A stretch of 64,000 nucleotides of DNA. It comes from Macrostomum lignano. Its lineage: Eukaryota. The notes below the pieces were generated by a model that was not told the origin of the DNA, ran no database searches, and was given only the letters and a program-made list of their open reading frames with translations. How positions within the stretch are numbered: the first letter of the stretch is position 1; each line of letters begins with the position of its first letter. Below, in pieces: positions 56,770 to 64,000 of the stretch. The DNA lies in NCBI GenBank assembly GCA_002269645.1, contig NIVC01000396.1, positions 496,001 through 560,000 of the forward strand. Direction: 5' to 3'. A program made the translations under genes and the position numbers.

Positions 56770-58731
56770 CATCAGATGGCGCGCCGCAGAGCCTGAGCAG
56801 GCGCGTAGCCAGGATTCACGTCAGGGGGACAGAGACATCAATCTATCGCCGATGTTAGCGTCTCCGGTGTCCCCCTTGGCTATGCCCCTGAGCCTGAGAG
56901 CGGCGCATGGGCAGTGTCGGGCGCAGCAATGTCGCATAGCATGCAGGCAGTCCACATATCGACGAGTTCAGGCCTGACCCTGCCAGAACTGGCCCTGCAA
57001 GGTGAGCAGCCAGGATGTCCTAAAACAGGTTGGGGTTAGTAAGCCCTTGGCCCGGATCACGTGGCCCGCCAGTTGAAGTCGCCGCCGGCGCACGATGGTA
57101 AAGGGTGGTGCAACTTAGCCCGATCGTACAGGGTCCGAGACCCGTCGCTCTCGTCAGCTCGAAAGGCCGCACGGAGCAGCCCTGAGTGCGCCGAATCCAA
57201 CTGCCGCTCTAGCGTAGCCGTCAGCGTCCACGTCTCGGTGTTTTATAGCAGAACCGCCGCTTAACTGCCACAGCCGAGCCCTTGGCGGTCGCTCTGCGCT
57301 TCGACTGGAGGACGGCTCGGATCGAACGAAAGGCCGCCAAGGCAAGTCTTCTGCGCCGTCGGAGGTCCTCTTCCACGTGGGGCACCAGACCGCCGAGGTA
57401 GGTGAACCGCGATGGTAGCGTGCGAGCTTGATTATCTGCCCGTCTGCGCCGCGGCACGTCAGGTCCGCGGTGATGTCAGACGGAACACACAGCACGGTCT
57501 TCGGCATGTCGACAACCGGACCGACGCTTGATAATACTAGAAAAGCCTGTCGATCTGGCGCTGGGCGCCTTCAATGGACGAGGACAGGAAGGCGAGGTCG
57601 TCAGTGTAGCCAAGCCCACTCAGGTGCTTTTCGCCGTGGCGGCGACCGATGCGTCTGCGCAGCAGGAAGCCGTCGTCAGCCGACGGGAGTGCGGTCCGAA
57701 GCACTCAGTCCAGCAGCAGCACAAAGAGGAACGGCGCTAGCGTGTCACCCTGCAGAACTCCTGATGAGGGGTCGAACAGGTCAGACAGGTCGTCCACCGT
57801 CACTACAGCAGCTCGGGTGTCGCAATACAGTGCCATGACAGCGTCAATTAGCTGCTGCGGAACCCGGTAGGCTCAAAGGACGAAGGGAAGGAAGACACCG
57901 AGTCAAAAGTCAACGAAGACAATATTAAGTGTAGACTGATGAATGCGTTCTGCTCGTACCGCAGTGACGGTCCAGCACTGACTGCAGGCGATCGAGCAGC
58001 AGCCGTTTGAAGAGCTTCGCGGTGCAGGACATCAGCGAGATCCCGCAGTGGTCTTCTTTCCGCGTTGTCCCTGCATTCTTCAGAAGTGGCACGATGTGTG
58101 CGACGGACCACTCGGTGGGCGCAGGGACACGCGGCTCATGACGCCTGTGACCTGGGAGGACTTCGTCGGGACCGAGCGCCTCGCCGCCTAGTGCTTTCCG
58201 AGCGAACAGCACAACGTCCTCCGTTGTGACTGCGCTGGTGCAGAAGTTCTCCTCAGCTGTGAGCGGCGTGTCCAGTGGGAGCGCAAAACTGGCGGGCAGC
58301 GGCGACGCGGGAGCGTTCACGATGCGTTCACGCGATAGTAGCTCCGTGGCCGCTGCTGTGGCGGTCGGTAGAGCTGGTCGTGGAGCCGCAAGTCGCAGAG
58401 CAGGAGTTGATGGATTGACCGGAGAGCCAGGGGAGCCATGGCGTCGCACCAGCGCATGATCGAGTTGCGCCAGTCTCCTCGTAGCGTTCCGCCCGCGTGC
58501 GTTCCGTCGCCTTCTCTTGCAGCCCGCAAAAGTGACCAGGCGGGCAAGGGGCTTGCGGAACTGGGTGTTTGCGGACACCAGGTCCAGCCGGTCAAGCAGG
58601 TCCTCCAGTGCATCGGTGTTGGCGTTCTCGCGTCCCCCGACAAAGGGCGAGCGCTCGGACCTCCGCGGGACTGCGTTCAGGTCTCCGAGCACCGCCAGCG
58701 TGTCGCGGTTTGGCACCTCTTCTAGCTCCCC
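56770..58731 (-). mobile_element. RTE-like LINE fragment (APE C-terminal part, partial linker, RT core, 3' end), disrupted
   Basis: LGDLNA..DLVSANTQFRKP; WSVAHIVPLLKNAG..CGISLMSCTAKLF; GVLQGDTLAPFLFVLLLD; GYTDDLA at ~57597-57608; RRRRLQLAGHVIRA. Confidence 0.9.
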
Positions 58732-59698
58732 GCGACTGATGCGGGTCGACCTGCGCCTGCGTGGCCGCTGCATTCGGCTGCTCTGCGTGTATGCACCCAC
58801 CGCTGTTCACCCCGAGGAGGCTCGTACCTTCTTCAACTTCCTGGCTGGGCAGCTAGAAGTGAAGACCTGCGCGAGGCGGAGTATTCCGACATCAGCACCG
58901 CCGTTAGAGCCGCCGCGAAGCAGACAGTCACGCTGATGCGGCCAGCGCAAAAATCGCTGCCTGTCTGGCAGAGCGACCCGACCATCAGGCAAGCACGGCT
59001 CAATATCGAGCGACTCCGCAGAAACCGGCGGCCCACACGCGACGCTGAAGACGCGTTTGAGTGCCTTCTAGACGAGCGGCAGCAGGCCAACTGTCGACGA
59101 CGCCGTCAGATCCATCACTGCAGCCGGCCCTGACGTGAAGAGCCGCGAAGTGGTGACGGCCGTCCGGACTCTGACGGAGCGAAAAAAGCGCGTGGCGCTG
59201 AACCTGGCCGGCGACACCCCGGAGGAGCGCAGGAACAAATTGCGCAACTTCTTCGCCAGAATCGTGAACGCACCCGCGTCGCCGCTGCCCGCCAGTTTTG
59301 CACTCCCACTGGACACGCCGCTCCCAGCTAAGGAGGACTTCTGCACCAGACCAGTCCCCACGGAGGACATTGTGCTGTTCGCTCGGAAAACAACAGGCGG
59401 GCAGATAATCAAGCTCGCACGCTACCACCGGTTCACCTACCTCGGCGGTCTGGCGCCCCACGTGGAGGAGGACCTCCAGTGGCGCAGAGGACTTGCCTGG
59501 GCGGTCTTTCATTTGATCCGAGCCGTCCTCCAGTCGAAGCGCAGAACGACCGCCAGAGGGCTCGCTGTGGCAGGCGGTGGTCGAAACCGTCCTGCTCTAC
59601 AACGCCGAGACGTGGACGCTTATGGCTACGCTGGAGCGGCAGTTGGACTCGGGGCACTCAGGGCTGCTCCGTGCGGCCTTTCGAGCTGACGAGAGCGT
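58728..59698 (+). mobile_element. Second copy of the same RTE-like family (APE piece, linker, RT deleted, C-terminal piece)
   Basis: RLLCVYAPT..EEARTFFNFL; shares 59262-59390 with 58200-58322 and 59398-59698 with ~57135-57443, in reverse complement. Confidence 0.88.
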
Positions 59699-59752
59699 CT
59701 AATACCCGCTGGCCCAATCAAAACCATGAATAGTTAAATTTAACAATTAAAT

Positions 59753-60889
59753 CAGGGACTACTCAAACATCGGGACGGGAAACTAGGCAAATCATGGCGA
59801 AGTTTTTACGAGGCTGGTTAAATCTATGGCCGCGCCAATGCAGCAGTAGCCATTTTCCATATTTCAATAAATCTTCAATAAATTTTATATTTTATTATAT
59901 CTGTGAATTTTAATATTCATGTGCTATCTGAATTTAACAGATTTAAGCATTGAATAGTCGGGAATACTCAGTAGATGTGAACTTGTCTGTTCCGCAATGT
60001 CACGCACTTCTAAGTTTTTTGTCTTTCTCTCTTGAACGGTGACGGATGATGGAGCCACCTTCGATGATCTCCGGACAAGTCCCTTAAAGAATGTGTTTGT
60101 TGCTCTTCGTGCCACACCTTGGACGTTGAAGTCAATGTAATGGAAGAAATTTTCAGCTATAGTTGTAAATAGTGTCTGCACTCTCGTTGCGCAAACGGGT
60201 GAGTGGGCAGTGAAGCATGCGTAGCAGAGGGTTAGAAATGAAAACAGCCACTCTGGGGGGTGCCGTAGCTTTCCCCGCGATAGTAACTGAGTAAATTCAC
60301 CGGCTTCTTCTTTTGTGCTGTCCGCAAGTTCTCTGTCGACGCCTTCAATTTTCTCCTTGACACAGATATAGCCTGAAAAAGATCCATTTAGTACTCGTAT
60401 CATCGCTGCTTCAGCACACCAAAAATACAATTAGTCTGGGGCTATATACTAATTAGATACAGCAAGAAAAGAAATCTTACCAGCGATGAAATAAGGTTCG
60501 GCAGGGCCTTTTTCCATCGCTCTCGCTCAACCGAGTCCTTCGGAAACAGATGAACTTTCGTAGCTAATCGTTCGGACTCGTAATTTGACTTGCAGCCAAC
60601 AACGCTGCACTTTCTTGGCATTGATGCCAACAACACAAGCAGAAAAATCGAGCTTGTCCTACGCGTCTGCCAGAAACTTAGCTGCTATAAAATAATGCAA
60701 GCATCCCTGCTAGACTGTAGTGGAAATAACGGTATCACAAGCTTCAAATAATAGAAAATAACCATAGACAACAAAGTATCGCTCTATACAAATAAGCCAG
60801 CCAGCCTCGTCAGCTGCTAACAAACCAGCCTCGTAAAAACTTCGCCATGATTTGCCTAGTTTCCCGTCCCGATGTTTGAGTAGTCCCTG
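59753..60889 (-). mobile_element. Non-autonomous P-element-superfamily (THAP) DNA transposon, 1137 bp
   Basis: Perfect 67-bp TIRs (59753-59819 and 60823-60889) starting CAGGG; 8-bp TSD AATTAAAT on both sides; THAP start MPRKCSVVGCKSNY..FPKD..RERWKKAL at 60621; transposase C-terminus SGYI..LSRGKLRHPPEW. Confidence 0.93.
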
Positions 60890-61436
60890 AATTAAATTTA
60901 CGCCATTCGCTTTACTCTATAATGGTTGACCTCCACATTTCGGTGTACATTTAGCAATATTATAGGCCTAACAATATCTGTTGTTCGACTATGGCCTAGT
61001 TCCATTCTTCCGTCGCAAAACAACCCCACTATTGCTACATGCAACAAACGCCGACACGATCTCGATGGCGTCGCTGGGCTTAACTTTGAGTGTACCATCT
61101 CGGTTTTACAGTCTCCTTTTAGTCAACATTTTGTACTTTATTAACAACATTATTTGCTTTCGGCAACTAGGGCACTTTCTTCAAGAATCGTAAGAGAAGT
61201 ATTATGTATACTTCCTTTATTAGTTATTCAATCTAAGGTTCTTGCTTGCTACGAAAACTGATTTAGTAGATTTGTCCCGTGTATTTGTATGTCTGATTGC
61301 ACTTGCAAATAATCACTGACTTAATGTTGCTACATCTTGAGGGAGGTAAGGAATATTTGAATCCAAAAAATATAAATGTTACTGAACTGACTGCACATCC
61401 TGTTCGTGTCACAATCCTTATTTAACTGATGCCAAA

Positions 61437-63543
61437 TCAGCGGGTATTAGCAAAGTTGAACACCAGCGCCAGAACTACAGACAGAAAGGTGGATCGCAGC
61501 TCGGTCGCCGACTTAGTTGAGCTTTTTGTACCAGCCGTTGTTGTCGTAGCACTGGTAGGTGAGCCTTTTTTACCAGCCGTTGTTGTCGTAGCACTGGTAG
61601 GTGAGCCTTTTTTACCAGCCGTTGTTGTATTAGCACTGGTAGTTGGGCTTTCTGTAGCAGCCGATGTTGTATTAGCACTGGTAGTTGGGCTTTCTGTAGC
61701 AGCCGATGTTGTATTAGCACTGGTAGTTGGGCTTTCTGTAGCAGCCGATGTTGTATTAGCACTGGTAGTTGGGCTTTCTGTAGCAGCCGATGTTGTATTG
61801 GCACTGGTAGTTGGGCTTTCTGTAGAAGCCGATGTTGTATTAGCACTGGTAGTTGGGCTTTCTGTAGCAGCCGATGTTGTATTAGCACTGGTAGTTGGGC
61901 TTTCTGTAGCAGCCGATGTTGTATTGGCACTGTTAGTTGGGCTTTCTGTAGCAGCCGATGTTGTATTAGCACTGGTAGTTGGGCTTTCTGTAGCAGCCGA
62001 TGTTGTATTAGCACTGGTAGTTGGGCTTTCTGTAGCAGCCGATGTTGTATTAGCACTGGTAGTTGGGCTTTCTGTAGCAGCCGATGTTGTATTAGCACTG
62101 GTAGTTGGGCTTTCTGTAGCAGCCGATGTTGTATTAGCACTGGTAGTTGGGCTTTCTGTAGCAGCCGATGTTGTATTAGCACTGGTAGTTGGGCTTTCTG
62201 TAGCAGCCGATGTTGTATTAGCACTGGTAGTTGGGCTTTCTGTAGCAGCCGATGTTGTATTAGCACTGGTAGTTGGGCTTTCTGTAGCAGCCGATGTTGT
62301 ATTAGCACTGGTAGTTGGGCTTTCTGTAGCAGCCGATGTTGTATTAGCACTGGTAGTTGGGCTTTCTGTAGCAGCCGATGTAGTATTAGCACTGGTAGTT
62401 GGGCTTTCTGTAGCAGCCGATGTTGTATTAGCACTGGTAGTTGGGCTTTCTGTAGCAGCCGATGTTGTATTAGCACTGGTAGTTGGGCTTTCTGTAGCAG
62501 CCGATGTTGTATTAGCACTGGTAGTTGGGCTTTCTGTAGCAGCCGATGTTGTATTAGCACTGGTAGTTGGGCTTTCTGTAGCAGCCGATGTTGTATTAGC
62601 ACTGGTAGTTGGGCTTTCTGTAGCAGCCGATGTTGTATTAGCACTGGTAGTTGGGCTTTCTGTAGCAGCCGATGTTGTATTAGCACTGGTAGTTGGGCTT
62701 TCTGTAGCAGCCGATGTTGTATTAGCACTGGTAGTTGGGCTTTCTGTAGCAGCCGATGTTGTATTAGCACTGGTAGTTGGGCTTTCTGTAGCAGCCGATG
62801 TTGTATTGGCACTGTTAGTTGGGCTTTCTGTAGCAGCCGATGTTGTATTAGCACTGGTAGTTGGGCTTTCTGTAGCAGCCGATGTTGTATTAGCACTGGT
62901 AGTTGGGCTTTCTGTAGCAGCCGATGTTGTATTAGCACTGGTAGTTGGGCTTTCTGTAGCAGCCGATGTTGTATTAGCACTGGTAGTTGGGCTTTCTGTA
63001 GCAGCCGATGTTGTATTAGCACTGGTAGTTGGGCTTTCTGTAGCAGCCGATGTTGTATTAGCACTGGTAGTTGGGCTTTCTGTAGCAGCCGATGTTGTAT
63101 TAGCACTGGTAGTTGGGCTTTCTGTAGCAGCCGATGTTGTATTAGCACTGGTAGTTGGGCTTTCTGTAGCAGCCGATGTTGTATTAGCACTGGTAGTTGG
63201 GCTTTCTGTAGCAGCCGATGTTGTATTAGCACTGGTAGTTGGGCTTTCTGTAGCAGCCGATGTTGTATTGGCACTGGTAGTTGGGCTTTCTGTAGAAGCC
63301 GATGTTGTATTAGCACTGGTAGTTGGGCTTTCTGTAGCAGCCGATGTTGTATTGGCACTGGTAGTTGGGCTACTCCTAGGTTTGCGAGTACTTTTCGGCG
63401 CGGCAGATTGCAGGAGCGCCAGAATGATGGCTGGGGATCGGAAAATTAGGATTTAAAGCAGGTTACCTGCAGGTGCTCGTACAGATACTAAGAAGCCAAA
63501 GCTCAGGTTTACTTACCCCAGCCAGCAGGTGTCGAGCATTCAT
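61437..63543 (-). CDS. Mucin-like Thr/Ser/Ala-rich surface protein, probable signal peptide and GPI signal, two exons (63543-63517, 63430-61437)
   Basis: The large exon is open for 664 codons: IILALLQSAA.., ~42 x TSANTTSAATESPT, ending ..STFLSVVLALVFNFANTR*. The upstream MNARHLLAG|gtaagt exon is 1 nt out of phase. Confidence 0.72.
61620..63370. repeat. 42-bp coding minisatellite, ~42 copies
   Basis: Unit gtagttgggctttctgtagcagccgatgttgtattagcactg, almost invariant. Confidence 0.97.
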
Positions 63544-63926
63544 TGCCAATCCAAATTTGAGCAATATTGAGTACTAGAAGCATGCGCCTGAAGTCCGCCT
63601 TCGACACCTTATATACACGAGCTGGTCAGAGCATTAATTACGAGCTAAAATGCCAAGTCCTACAGGAGAAGAAAAAATGGTCTGACATTTCCGAACTATA
63701 CTTCGCACTTCAAGAACGAAAATATTTGGCTGTTGAATAAAGACAATAAATTTTTCTCGGATTCAATAAAGTAAAATGTAAGCACCTCGAATATTGCTAA
63801 ATGCTTTTCAGTGCGTCGCTGACAATTTCGAATAGAAATTGGCACACAAACTGCGTTAAATTTCGAGCTCTGTTTTTTCTAAGATACCTGAACCCAGACA
63901 AAATTGCAGGTTAATGCAAAGCACAA

Positions 63927-63935
63927 CGTCTGTCC

Positions 63936-63979
<44 letters not shown>

Positions 63980-64000
63980 GTATTAGTGTCTTAGTGTCTT
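63927..64000. repeat. (TGTC)n microsatellite running to the window end
   Basis: Direct inspection; ends with TTAGTGTC units. Confidence 0.9.

Noticed and set aside
60900-61100. DGTLKVKP on the minus strand as a MULE transposase motif
   Set aside because: It is a single short match followed by stops, with no TIRs or further motifs
61429-63456. Listed ORFs (LALVVGLSVAADVV)n on + and (PVLIQHRLLQKAQL)n on -
   Set aside because: They are shadow frames of the 42-bp repeat. Only the unlisted Thr/Ser-rich frame has a plausible signal peptide, acceptor and GPI-like tail.

Overview
Eukaryotic (metazoan) genomic DNA with GC-rich exons and introns packed with minisatellites. The style suggests a flatworm such as Macrostomum, but that is inference only. 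I assembled the genes by hand from GT/AG sites and reading-frame phase. (1) + strand: the 3' part of a Dscam-type Ig/FN3 receptor, 12 exons, 97-17421, with two apparent 1-nt frameshifts. (2) + strand: an intronless secreted protein of unknown family, 20234-21121. (3) - strand: a complete 12-exon, 1507-aa MadBub (BUB1/BUBR1) checkpoint kinase, 56294 down to 21612. Its KEN1 exon lies 8 kb upstream of exon 2. That first intron contains a same-strand intronless stomatin gene, a decayed mariner-type transposon, and a ~450-bp inverted-repeat pair flanking an RNase H relic, much of it in an AT-rich, CpG-poor domain. (4) A head-to-head pair of rearranged RTE-like LINE fragments. (5) An intact-ended, non-autonomous P-element/THAP transposon with perfect TIRs and an 8-bp TSD. 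(6) - strand: a mucin-like, probably GPI-anchored protein built from a 42-bp coding repeat. Nearly every intron longer than ~150 bp carries its own private tandem array. Most long ORFs in the supplied track are artefacts of these arrays. No CRISPR, rRNA or intact tRNA was found.
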